Positions 34,413 through 43,490 of a stretch of 64,000 bases of DNA are shown in pieces. The notes below the pieces were generated by a model. The model did not search any database and was not told the DNA's origin. It worked only from the letters and a program-made list of their open reading frames with translations. Position 1 is the stretch's first letter. The number at the start of each line of letters is the position of its first letter. A program made the position numbers and the translations under genes. The stretch is from Oscillospiraceae bacterium (GTDB taxonomy: Bacteria; Bacillota; Clostridia; Oscillospirales; CAG-272): the NCBI GenBank assembly GCA_015064025.1, contig SVSZ01000001.1, positions 1,705 to 65,704 of the forward strand. Reading direction: 5' to 3'.

Positions 34413-35951
34413 TTACATTAAGGGTGCGAAAATACGGCAGACCTGTTGGAAAAGGCGTACGATAAAATTGCTCTTACAGTCAGGAGCTGTGATCTCGCGG
34501 CAGGATTCCAACGTTTTGAGAAAATCCTCCTCGACAGCGGCAACCGTGGTGGCACCGTAGAGGCACACACCGCATTCGAAATGCAGATACAGGCTTCGGT
34601 AGTCCAGATTCACAGTGCCAACCACCGCAAAGGTTCCGTCGGAAACCACATTTTTTGCATGCATAAAGCCGTCTGTAAATTCATAGACGCGGATCCCCGA
34701 CTCGACAAGCTCCCGATAATAGGAGCGTGTGGTAAAATGCACTGCGGGCTTATCGGGGATATGTGGCGTGATGATGCGGACATCCGCGCCGCTCTTTGCA
34801 CAAAACTTCAAAGCGGAAAGCAGCTCGTCTCCCACCATCAGATACGGTGTTGTGATATACAGATAGCGCTGTGTACGTGATGCGGCATGCAAAAAAACGT
34901 GCTCGCCGACGTTTTCACGATCCATCGGACTGTCAGAATATGGCTGAACCCAACCGTCCGACACCGAGCCAAAGCTTTGACTCGGAAGATAAGACAAAAG
35001 TGACTCCTCCGTTTGCGTCAGAAGACACCACATTCCAAGAAACATGGCAGTAAAGCTTGCCGCTCCTTCTCCGCAGAGACGGATCGCGCTGTCCTTCCAT
35101 ACCCCGAAGCGAATCTTCTCGCCAATATATTCATCGGCAAGATTCACACCTCCCGTATAAGCGACCTTGCCGTCGATCACTGTGATCTTGCGGTGATCGC
35201 GGTTGTTCTGAAGTGTTGTGAGAAAGGGGTGAAACTTATTGAAGATCTTGCACTTGATCCCCGCCTCGCGCATTTTTTTGTCATAGCGGGGCGGAAGCGT
35301 CAGAATAGAACCGAAGTCATCATAGATCAAGCGAACGTCCACGCCGTGTGCGGCGCGTTCCGTAAGGATCTCCAGGATTGAATCCCACATCAAGCCCTCC
35401 TCGATGATAAAATACTCCATGAAGATATAGCGCTCGGCGCGTCTGAGATCCTCCAAAAGAGATGCATGCATTTCTCGCCCCGAAGGAAAATAGCGGCTTG
35501 CCGTATTCTGATAGACCGGAAATGCGGGCACTCCCTGCAAATAATGCAAAAGCTTCCGATCCTCGGGAGCGGCTTCCGTCGCCCGAAGAAGTGCATCCTC
35601 GCGTCGCTCAAAGCCATCGCGCTGTTTTTTGGAAAAGCTCTCAAGTCTTTTACGGAATCCTACGTTCGCCGTTTGATAATGGAATACCCAATAAAACACA
35701 CCTCCGTAAAGCGGAAACAAAAGGATCAGAAACACAAGGGAAAGCTTAAAGGCACTTTTGTCCGAACGGATCATCAAATGGAGTGCGGTTGCAATGCTGA
35801 GCGCAGTGAAAAGCCCACCAAGCCAATAAAAGCGATTGGAGCTGAAGAGCATGAGCGCAAGAAGAACGATCTGAAATAAGATCGCCAGAATGATCAGAAG
35901 TCTGCGCCCGAAAATTTTACGAAGCCGACTTCTGTATTTCCGTTTTTTCAT
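34413..35951 (-). CDS. cls: Cardiolipin synthase
   Basis: N-terminal TM helices and two PLD HKD motifs (HRKITVIDGKVAYTGGVNL; HAKNVVSDGTFAVVGTVNLD). Confidence 0.9.
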   Translation of the reverse strand: MKKRKYRSRLRKIFGRRLLIILAILFQIVLLALMLFSSNRFYWLGGLFTALSIATALHLMIRSDKSAFKLSLVFLILLFPLYGGVFYWVFHYQTANVGFRKRLESFSKKQRDGFERREDALLRATEAAPEDRKLLHYLQGVPAFPVYQNTASRYFPSGREMHASLLEDLRRAERYIFMEYFIIEEGLMWDSILEILTERAAHGVDVRLIYDDFGSILTLPPRYDKKMREAGIKCKIFNKFHPFLTTLQNNRDHRKITVIDGKVAYTGGVNLADEYIGEKIRFGVWKDSAIRLCGEGAASFTAMFLGMWCLLTQTEESLLSYLPSQSFGSVSDGWVQPYSDSPMDRENVGEHVFLHAASRTQRYLYITTPYLMVGDELLSALKFCAKSGADVRIITPHIPDKPAVHFTTRSYYRELVESGIRVYEFTDGFMHAKNVVSDGTFAVVGTVNLDYRSLYLHFECGVCLYGATTVAAVEEDFLKTLESCREITAPDCKSNFIVRLFQQVCRIFAPLM

Positions 35952-36077
35952 GCGCTCCCCCCTTTTCCCAATACTGTTTTTATTTTACCACAAACTCGCA
36001 AAAAAGTCAACGCGCAAAGAATTTTCACATATTTTTTTACAATCTCTCCAAAAAGCAAAAAAACTTCAAAAAAGCTC

Positions 36078-36106
36078 TTGACAGAAAAAAGGTTCCGTGG
36101 TATAAT
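36078..36106 (+). promoter_or_regulatory. rpsF operon promoter; a structured ~85-nt leader follows
   Basis: TTGACA (36078-36083), 17 nt, TATAAT (36101-36106). The leader has hairpins ACGGGC-AAAA-GCCCGT and GCCATGC...GCATGGT, so an S6:S18-binding leader is possible. I did not verify that. Confidence 0.75.
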
Positions 36107-36192
36107 ACTGAATTGGTACGGGCAAAAGCCCGTCTCTCTGCCATGCAAAAAATATCACAGCATGGTCGAATAGTCCATAGGGAGGTAAAAAC

Positions 36193-36576
36193 ATGGAAAA
36201 GATTATCAACTCTTATGAAAGCATGTTCATCGTCAGCCTTGCAAACGGCGAAGAAGCCGCTAAAGCGACCGTGAACAAGTTCACCGGTCTGATCGCTGCA
36301 AACGCAGAGGTCATTCAGATCGATGAATGGGGCAAGCGCCGCCTTGCATATCCCATCGAGGATATGAACGACGGTTACTACACCGTAGCAACCTTCAAGT
36401 GCGAGGGTGATTTCCCCGCTGAGCTTCAGCGTTTGATGAACATCGACGAGAGCGTTATGCGCGTCATGGTTCTCAAGCTCGATCATGAGCCCGTTGTAAA
36501 GGCAACCGAGGCTCCTGCTGAAGAAGCTACCGAGGAAGCAGCTGCAGAAGAAGCTCCTGCAACCGACGCAGAGTAA
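36193..36576 (+). CDS. rpsF: 30S ribosomal protein S6 (Ala/Glu-rich C-terminal tail)
   Basis: YESMFIV..., GKRRLAYPI. Lies in the rpsF-ssb-rpsR context. Confidence 0.92.
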   Translation: MEKIINSYESMFIVSLANGEEAAKATVNKFTGLIAANAEVIQIDEWGKRRLAYPIEDMNDGYYTVATFKCEGDFPAELQRLMNIDESVMRVMVLKLDHEPVVKATEAPAEEATEEAAAEEAPATDAE

Positions 36577-36609
36577 TTCTTTACACTGCAAAAAAGGAGG
36601 CATTTTACG

Positions 36610-37080
36610 ATGTCAAGCTTGAATCTTAACAAGGTCGTTCTTTGCGGAAGACTGACCGCGGACCCTGAATTGAAGCAGACCACCAGCGGCATTGCCGTTG
36701 TCTCCTTCACACTGGCAGTCAACCGTCGGTTCCGTTCCGGATCCGCAGACGGTGCACAGTCCACCCAACAGCAGGCTGACTTTATCAGTGTCGTAGCTTG
36801 GAGACAAACTGCAGAGTTTATTTCTCGCTACTTTAAGAAAGGCTCTGCCCTTTGCATCACAGGCTCCATTCAGACGAGAACCTGGCAGGATGCGCAGGGA
36901 CAGAAGCGCTATGCTACCGAGGTTGTTGCCGATGAAGCAATGTTTGTTGACAGCAAGAACGACGGAAGCTCCGTCGGCGGTCAATTCGGCGACAGCTACA
37001 ATGCACCGTCCTACTCTTCCGCGCCCACTGCGGCACCGAAGTTTGAAGAGTTGAAGACGGATGACGATCTGCCCTTCTGA
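36610..37080 (+). CDS. ssb: Single-stranded DNA-binding protein
   Basis: LNKVVLCGRLTADPEL OB-fold start and an acidic DDDLPF tail. Confidence 0.93.
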   Translation: MSSLNLNKVVLCGRLTADPELKQTTSGIAVVSFTLAVNRRFRSGSADGAQSTQQQADFISVVAWRQTAEFISRYFKKGSALCITGSIQTRTWQDAQGQKRYATEVVADEAMFVDSKNDGSSVGGQFGDSYNAPSYSSAPTAAPKFEELKTDDDLPF

Positions 37081-37117
37081 TGAAGCGGCACACAAAATGA
37101 ATAGGAGGATTTGATAA

Positions 37118-37390
37118 ATGGATAACAACGTAACCAAGACGGAAGAAGTTGTACGCCCGGCTCGTCCCGCGAACAACCCCCGCAGAAGAAAAAAGGTTTG
37201 CATTTTCTGTGCAGACAAGGTTGCTTTTATTGATTACAAGGACAGCGCAAAGCTTCGCAAGTTCATCAGCGAGAGAGGTAAGATTCTTCCCAGAAGAATC
37301 TCCGGCACCTGCGCACTTCACCAGAGAGAGCTCAACACCGCGATCAAGCGCGCTCGTAACGTAGCTCTTCTTCCCTTCGTAACCGACTGA
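37118..37390 (+). CDS. rpsR: 30S ribosomal protein S18
   Basis: [13 protein letters not shown]...[31 protein letters not shown]. Confidence 0.93.
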   Translation: MDNNVTKTEEVVRPARPANNPRRRKKVCIFCADKVAFIDYKDSAKLRKFISERGKILPRRISGTCALHQRELNTAIKRARNVALLPFVTD

Positions 37391-37406
37391 TAGTCACATA
37401 AAAAAA

Positions 37407-37448
37407 GGTGGTTCAAATGCGTCTCGCATTTGAACCACTCTTTTTTTC
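37407..37448 (+). terminator. rpsR terminator
   Basis: GGTGGTTCAAATGCG / CGCATTTGAACCAC, followed by TCTTTTTTT. Confidence 0.85.
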
Positions 37449-37497
37449 ACCCCCTCCTTTTTTCGTCATATAATGACATTGAAGGAGGTGTCAACCT

Positions 37498-37740
37498 ATG
37501 CACAAGGACCTTGAGGGATGTGCGTGCATCATCGGCTCTATGACAGAGACCCTGCGGGCGCAAAGGGCGCTTGCAAGAGAAGCGATTCTCGCGGATACGG
37601 TCAAGGCTGACTCGGGTAAGAGCAGACGTGGCTGTGCTTATGCACTCTCCTTTTCCTGCACACAACAAAAGAACGTCCAAAGAATTCTTGAAAAAAACGG
37701 CATTCGCGTCAAAGCCTATATGGGAGGAGACGTGGAATGA
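37498..37740 (+). CDS. DUF3343-like small protein (putative S/Se carrier type)
   Basis: 80 aa. The core RRGCAYALSFSC and the trailing ILEKNGIRVKAY resemble DUF3343 members. Its stop overlaps the next gene's start (ATGA). Confidence 0.55.
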   Translation: MHKDLEGCACIIGSMTETLRAQRALAREAILADTVKADSGKSRRGCAYALSFSCTQQKNVQRILEKNGIRVKAYMGGDVE

Positions 37741-38891
37741 TCTATCTTGATAATGCCGCAACAAGCTATCCAAAGCCGCGCGCGGTCATCGAGGAGACCG
37801 CGCGCTGCATGCGTGAATACGGAGGCAATCCCGGGCGAGGCTCACATCCGCTCGCCCTCCGCGCCGCCGAAAAAATATACGAATGCCGTGAGGAGATCGC
37901 CCACCTTTTCGCCTCTCCCTTTCCCGAAAACGTCTCCTTTGCGATGAACGCCACCATGGCGCTCAACACGGTCATTAAGGGGGTACTGAAAAGAGGAGAT
38001 CACGTCCTCATTTCGGACATGGAGCACAACGCAGTATTGCGTCCCATCTACAGGCTTGCGCGTGAGAAACGCATTCGTTACACAGTATTTCCTACCTTCG
38101 CTCGCTTCCCGGAGCGCACTGACGAGGATATTCTGAATGCCATACGGGAGCGAATTCGCCCTTCGACCCGTCTTTTGGTCGCCTCACATGCATCCAACAT
38201 TTGCTCTGCAACGCTTCCGATTGAAAAAATCGGCGCTCTTTGTCGGGAGCACGGGATCTTTTTTTGCGTGGATGCCGCGCAATCGGCAGGACATTTGCCG
38301 ATCGACGTCGTCCGTATGCAGATCGATGCGCTTTGCTTCCCCTCGCACAAAGGACTTCTCGGTCCGCAAGGCGCAGGCGGGATCGTATGGGGTGACGGGG
38401 TGATTTCACAAGCATTGATTGAGGGAGGAAGCGGCTACGACTCCTTCAATCCCGAAATGCCGAACGATCCACCGGAAAGATACGAGGCAGGAACGCTTCC
38501 CACCCCAATCATCGCAGGGCTTTGCGAGGGGATCCGCACATTGCAGACACAGGGAATCGCAAGGATGCATGAACACGTGTGCTCTCTCAACAAACGTCTG
38601 TCCGCTCATCTTTGCGCCCTTCCCTTTGTTACGGTGCATGCAAAGCACCACGTGGGGGAGGTGCTTCTCTTCTCCGCTACAGGTGTCCCCTCCGACACGA
38701 TTGGGCAAAAGCTTTCTTCCCTTGGCTTTTGCGTACGCACGGGCTATCATTGCGCCCCCCTGGCACACACGTCTCTCGGAACTCCGGAGGGAGGAGCGGT
38801 GCGCGTCAGCCCTTCCTTTTGCACGGAGGAGGAAGAGATCGACGAATTTGCCAACGCGCTGGAGGATGCTTTGGAAAAGCTGAAAAAGTAA
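37737..38891 (+). CDS. Class-V aminotransferase-fold PLP enzyme (cysteine desulfurase / selenocysteine lyase family)
   Basis: IYLDNAATSYPKP, HASNICS, FPSHKGLLGPQGAGG (PLP lysine), RTGYHCAPLAH. Confidence 0.85.
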   Translation: MIYLDNAATSYPKPRAVIEETARCMREYGGNPGRGSHPLALRAAEKIYECREEIAHLFASPFPENVSFAMNATMALNTVIKGVLKRGDHVLISDMEHNAVLRPIYRLAREKRIRYTVFPTFARFPERTDEDILNAIRERIRPSTRLLVASHASNICSATLPIEKIGALCREHGIFFCVDAAQSAGHLPIDVVRMQIDALCFPSHKGLLGPQGAGGIVWGDGVISQALIEGGSGYDSFNPEMPNDPPERYEAGTLPTPIIAGLCEGIRTLQTQGIARMHEHVCSLNKRLSAHLCALPFVTVHAKHHVGEVLLFSATGVPSDTIGQKLSSLGFCVRTGYHCAPLAHTSLGTPEGGAVRVSPSFCTEEEEIDEFANALEDALEKLKK

Positions 38892-38892
38892 C

Positions 38893-38934
38893 AGAAACTG
38901 CGGTAAATGCAAAAACGCACTTACCGCAGTTTCT
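38893..38934. terminator. Bidirectional terminator between convergent genes
   Basis: AGAAACTGCGGTAA / TTACCGCAGTTTCT. Confidence 0.8.
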
Positions 38935-38940
38935 ATTCAA

Positions 38941-40017
38941 TCAATCAAAATAACCTTCTCTGTAAAGAAGCTCGGCAATCAGCACAGCTCCACCTGCGGC
39001 ACCGCGCAGGGTGTTGTGAGAAAGACCTACAAACTTGTAGTCGAAGAGCGTATCCTCACGGAGTCTGCCCACGGTAACCCCCATACCGCCCCAAATATCG
39101 CGGTCCAATTTTGCCTGAGGCCGATTATCCTCCTCAAAATAGGTGACAAACTGCTCGGGAGCGTGAGGGAGCTTCAATTCCTGGGGCTTTCCGGAGAAAT
39201 TCTTCCACGCCTCAAGGATCTCCTCGCGAGTAGGCTTATTCTCAAAGCGCACAAACACCGCAGCCGTGTGACCGTTGGTTACGGGAACGCGAATACACTG
39301 GGTGGTGATCAGAGGTGCATCTGCCTTGACGATCTCTCCGTTCTCCACGTGTCCCCAAACACGAAGGGGCTCCTGCTCGCTCTTTTCCTCCTCACCGCCG
39401 ATGTAAGGAATGACGTTATCGATCATTTCGGGCCACTCGTTGAAGGTCTTACCTGCACCCGAGATCGCCTGATACGTGGTCGCAACGACCTCCTTGATAC
39501 CGTACTTGAGAAGAGGCGTGAGGGCAGGAACGTAGGACTGGATAGAGCAATTGGGCTTGACAGCAATAAAGCCGCGCTTCGTCCCCAGACGCTTACGCTG
39601 TGCGGCGATCACCTCAAGATGTGAATCGTTGATCTCCGGGATCACCATGGGTACGTCGGGAGTCCAGCGGTTTGCGGAGTTGTTGGAAACCACGGGGATC
39701 TCCGCCTTCGCATACGCTTCCTCAAGAGCCTTGATCTCGTCCTTCTTCATATCAACGGCACAGAAGACGAAGGAGCACTTCGCTCCCACCTCTTTGATAT
39801 TAGCCGCATCGAGAACAACCATATCCTTATACTGCTCCGGCATCGGAATATCCAGCTTCCAACGCGCGCCGACCGCCTCGGCATAGCTCTTTCCCGCAGA
39901 TCTTGCGGAAGCCGCCAGAACGGAAACCTCAAAATAGGGATGGTCTGCAAGAAGCGTCAAAAAGCGCTGACCTACCATACCTGTCGCGCCGATGACACCA
40001 ACCTTCATTTTACTCAT
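38941..40017 (-). CDS. asd: Aspartate-semialdehyde dehydrogenase
   Basis: MSKMKVGVIGATGMVGQRF. KPNCSIQ (active-site Cys region). The ORF extends to 40041. Confidence 0.9.
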   Translation of the reverse strand: MSKMKVGVIGATGMVGQRFLTLLADHPYFEVSVLAASARSAGKSYAEAVGARWKLDIPMPEQYKDMVVLDAANIKEVGAKCSFVFCAVDMKKDEIKALEEAYAKAEIPVVSNNSANRWTPDVPMVIPEINDSHLEVIAAQRKRLGTKRGFIAVKPNCSIQSYVPALTPLLKYGIKEVVATTYQAISGAGKTFNEWPEMIDNVIPYIGGEEEKSEQEPLRVWGHVENGEIVKADAPLITTQCIRVPVTNGHTAAVFVRFENKPTREEILEAWKNFSGKPQELKLPHAPEQFVTYFEEDNRPQAKLDRDIWGGMGVTVGRLREDTLFDYKFVGLSHNTLRGAAGGAVLIAELLYREGYFD

Positions 40018-40100
40018 GATAACATTGTCCTTTCTTGACACTTATGATAAAAAGTATGTATTATATTATACATGAAACAATGTGAAATTGCAATACCTTC

Positions 40101-40129
40101 TTGACATTTTTTTGCGGAAATAGTATAAT
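40101..40129 (+). promoter_or_regulatory. Promoter of the THUMP methyltransferase gene
   Basis: TTGACA (40101-40106), 17 nt, TATAAT (40124-40129). Confidence 0.75.
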
Positions 40130-40171
40130 AAAAGATGAACGTTTTTTGATATTTTTTTAGGGAGAATGCTT

Positions 40172-41302
40172 ATGAAGTTAGAGCTGGTCGCCACCTGCCT
40201 ATTCGGCTTGGAAAAATTGCTGGGTGAGGAAATCGACGCGTTGGGACTGCACCGTCTTGACACAATGGACGGACGCGTCACCTTTCTGGGTGAGGAAATC
40301 GACGTGGCTCGCGCCAATCTTTCCTTGCGCTGTGCGGAGCACGTCTTCATCAAGCTCGGCACCTTCCCCACCACAAGCTTTGACGAGCTTTACGAGGGGA
40401 CCCGGGCACTCCCCTTTGAGGAATGGATCGGACGGCTCGATGCGTTTCCCGTAAAAGGACACGCCATCAAAAGTCGCCTGTATTCCGTGCCCGACTGTCA
40501 AAGCATCGTCAAAAAGGCAATCGTTGACAGGCTCTCCGCGCACTACGGCGTGAAGTGGTTTTCCGAAACAGAGATAAAATACCAGATCGAATTTTTCATC
40601 TTCAAGGACATGGCAACGCTGATGATCGACACCTCGGGAGTGCCTCTGCACAAGCGCGGATACCGCCCCGCGGCAGGTCCCGCCCCCTTGCGTGAAACGC
40701 TCGCGGCGGCTTTGGCGCTAACCTCCCGCCCTCGCGAGGATACCCTTTTCTGGGATCCCATGTGCGGCTCCGGTACCATCGCCATAGAGGCGGCGCTGAT
40801 CCTGTCAAATCGCGCCCCCGGTCTTGGGAGAAGCTTTGCTGCCGAAGCCTTCCCCACCATTCCGTCTGTCCTTTGGAAGGAAGCACGAGAGGAAGCCACG
40901 GACGAGATTCGCGCGGGCTCCCAATATGAAGTATATGCCTCGGACATCGACGAGGATATTCTGGACACAGTCTATGAAAACGCACTTCGGGCCGGTGTTG
41001 AGGAGCATCTGAACATCTTTTCTGCGGACGTGCGGAGAATCCAAAAGCCCGACGCAAGGCGCGGCACCGTTGTTTGCAACCCACCCTACGGGGAGCGATT
41101 GATGACCCCCGCCGAGGCGGAACAGCTCTACCGCGATATGGGACATGCATTTGAGGAGCTTTCCCCTTGGCAGATCTATATCATCACGTCGCACCCGCAG
41201 TTTGAACGCTGCTACGGTCGCCGAGCAGACAAAATCAAAAAGCTTTACAACGGAATGATCCCCTGCAATCTTTATCAGTATTTCAAGCCGAGAAACAAAT
41301 AA
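40172..41302 (+). CDS. THUMP-domain class I SAM-dependent RNA methyltransferase (RlmL/YpsC-like)
   Basis: LHKRGYR, PLRETLAAAL, DPMCGSGTIAIEA, VVCNPPYGERL. Confidence 0.85.
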   Translation: MKLELVATCLFGLEKLLGEEIDALGLHRLDTMDGRVTFLGEEIDVARANLSLRCAEHVFIKLGTFPTTSFDELYEGTRALPFEEWIGRLDAFPVKGHAIKSRLYSVPDCQSIVKKAIVDRLSAHYGVKWFSETEIKYQIEFFIFKDMATLMIDTSGVPLHKRGYRPAAGPAPLRETLAAALALTSRPREDTLFWDPMCGSGTIAIEAALILSNRAPGLGRSFAAEAFPTIPSVLWKEAREEATDEIRAGSQYEVYASDIDEDILDTVYENALRAGVEEHLNIFSADVRRIQKPDARRGTVVCNPPYGERLMTPAEAEQLYRDMGHAFEELSPWQIYIITSHPQFERCYGRRADKIKKLYNGMIPCNLYQYFKPRNK

Positions 41303-41318
41303 ACAGCGAGGTAACCGC

Positions 41319-42230
41319 ATGGAGGGACTCTCATACAATTTCAATAAAATAGAAAGAAAAAAGACCTTCGACGTCTCTGCCTTTGTCAGTGCCTATTATT
41401 TTTCCTACAAGCCGCGCTTTGTCCCCCGTCCCGAGACGTACGATTTTTCTCAGATCTTTCTCATTCTTGAGGGAGAAGGCCTTTATACAACCGAAAACGG
41501 CACATATCCCTTCTCCCCCGGTATGATGTTCTACCGTCCCGCCCATCACACCTCCTCTTATAAGTGGACAAGCGAGAACGTTCGCTTCGGTCTGATCAGT
41601 CTTGTTTGCGATTCCGAGGCGATGAACGCCTTGGGAAGCGCTCCCATTCCTCTCTTCGGCGACGAGATCGCAAGTCTTTTCGATCTGATACGCACAGGCA
41701 CACGCGTTTGCGAGGAGCTTCGCGCAACCGACGAAATGCTTGGTATGCGCTTCAAGCCCGATACCCCGGACGTAGTGATTGACTTCCTTTCCGCATCCAT
41801 TGAAAGATTTCTTTGCATGCTGTATTGCAGGATCTGCGGTGTTGAGCTGCTGATCGACGAATCTCAGAAATCGAATAAATATATTGATGAGACGGTATTT
41901 TCTGAAAACATCAAAAAATTTCTTGAGGAGCACATCACGGAGCAGTTGACCATCTCCCGCATTTGTGCGGAATTCGGCATCAGCCAGACCACGCTGATGA
42001 AAAAATTCCGTCGTGAGAACGGTCAAGGCATCATGGATTACTTCATGAATCGGAAGATCGCAGAGGCCAAGAGATTGATCCACGGCACGTCAAAAAGCTT
42101 TGCGGAGATTGCGGAATGCCTTGGCTTTAATTCCGCAAACTACTTCTCCCGCGTTTTTAAGGCGAGAGAAGGCATCACTCCCACGGAATACAGCAAATCC
42201 GTTTCCAAAAGGAACGTTACAAAATTATAA
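41319..42230 (+). CDS. AraC-family transcriptional regulator
   Basis: Cupin-like N-terminus and a C-terminal double HTH (ISQTTLMKKFRRENG...; FNSANYFSRVFKAREGITPTEY). Confidence 0.88.
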   Translation: MEGLSYNFNKIERKKTFDVSAFVSAYYFSYKPRFVPRPETYDFSQIFLILEGEGLYTTENGTYPFSPGMMFYRPAHHTSSYKWTSENVRFGLISLVCDSEAMNALGSAPIPLFGDEIASLFDLIRTGTRVCEELRATDEMLGMRFKPDTPDVVIDFLSASIERFLCMLYCRICGVELLIDESQKSNKYIDETVFSENIKKFLEEHITEQLTISRICAEFGISQTTLMKKFRRENGQGIMDYFMNRKIAEAKRLIHGTSKSFAEIAECLGFNSANYFSRVFKAREGITPTEYSKSVSKRNVTKL

Positions 42231-42237
42231 ACAAATC

Positions 42238-42281
42238 AAAGATCGGCTGTCTCAAATCGCGATTTGAGACAGCCGATCTTT
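42238..42281. terminator. 44-bp perfect palindrome; bidirectional terminator
   Basis: AAAGATCGGCTGTCTCAAATCG|CGATTTGAGACAGCCGATCTTT. Confidence 0.85.
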
Positions 42282-42283
42282 GA

Positions 42284-43429
42284 TCAGTCATCAACCCTCT
42301 CACCGAGGATGTTTCTGTATTTTTGATAGAAGCTTTCGAAATAACCTCCGTCAAGAGCCTCGCGGATCTTGCGCGTGAGATTGTTATAGAAATAGAGGTT
42401 GTGCGTGACAGCCAGCGTCATCCCCACCGTCTCCTTTGCCTTGAGCAGATGGCGGATGTATGCGCGGCTGTAGTTCTTGCACGCCTCGCACTCACAGCCC
42501 TCATCGATCGGACGGTCGTCAAGAGCGTATTTTTCGTTTGTGAGGTTCATCTTTCCGTGCCACGTAAAAACGTTTCCGTGTCGCGCGTTTCTTGTGGGCA
42601 TAACACAGTCGAAGAAATCCACGCCGTAGTGAACCGCTTCCAGAATGTTGCAGGGGGTTCCCACGCCCATCAGATATCTTGGCTTGTCGGCAGGCATATA
42701 AGGCTCTACCGCGTCAATGATGCGGTACATCTCCTCGGTCGCCTCTCCCACGGCAAGACCGCCGATGGCGTAGCCCTCACAGGGGACCTCACGGATCATT
42801 TTCATGTGTTCGATACGCAGATCCTCATAGGTGCCGCCCTGGTTGATACCGAAGAGCATTTGCTCGCGATTGATGGTATCGGGAAGAGCGTTGAGTCTGT
42901 CCATTTCCGCGCGGCAACGGAGGAGCCAACGATAGGTGCGCTCCATGCTCTGCTTACAGTATGCGTGCGGTGCGGGGTTTTCGACACACTCATCAAACGC
43001 CATAGCAATGGTAGACGCCAGATGCGATTGGATCTGCATGCTTTCCTCGGGTCCCATAAAGACAGCACTGCCGTCCAGATGTGAGCGAAAGCGCACCCCC
43101 TCCTCGGTGATCTTGCGGAGCTTTGCAAGCGAGAACACCTGAAATCCGCCGCTATCGGTAAGCACCGGACCGTCCCAGTTCATAAACTTGCGAAGCCCTC
43201 CCAGCTGATAGATTAGCCCGTCTCCCGGACGAAGATGGAGGTGATAGGTATTGGAAAGCTCGACCTGACAGTCGATCTTTCGCAAAGCCATGGTGTTGAT
43301 ACCGCCCTTGATGGCACCGCAGGTTCCCACGTTCATGAAGACAGGGGTCTGGATGTCACCGTGCACGGTATGCAAAACACCTCGGCGCGCGCGTCCGTCT
43401 GTGGTAAGTACCTCAAATTTTTTTGACAT
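42284..43429 (-). CDS. tgt: Queuine tRNA-ribosyltransferase
   Basis: GRARRG.LHT.HG.I.TP.FM.VGT, LTDSGGFQV, and the Zn site CECEACKNYSRAYIRHL. Confidence 0.93.
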   Translation of the reverse strand: MSKKFEVLTTDGRARRGVLHTVHGDIQTPVFMNVGTCGAIKGGINTMALRKIDCQVELSNTYHLHLRPGDGLIYQLGGLRKFMNWDGPVLTDSGGFQVFSLAKLRKITEEGVRFRSHLDGSAVFMGPEESMQIQSHLASTIAMAFDECVENPAPHAYCKQSMERTYRWLLRCRAEMDRLNALPDTINREQMLFGINQGGTYEDLRIEHMKMIREVPCEGYAIGGLAVGEATEEMYRIIDAVEPYMPADKPRYLMGVGTPCNILEAVHYGVDFFDCVMPTRNARHGNVFTWHGKMNLTNEKYALDDRPIDEGCECEACKNYSRAYIRHLLKAKETVGMTLAVTHNLYFYNNLTRKIREALDGGYFESFYQKYRNILGERVDD

Positions 43430-43490
43430 GATAAGAATATCCTTTCCGTTTGCAAGAGAACAGCTTGCAAATGTATATTAAAAACAAAGC

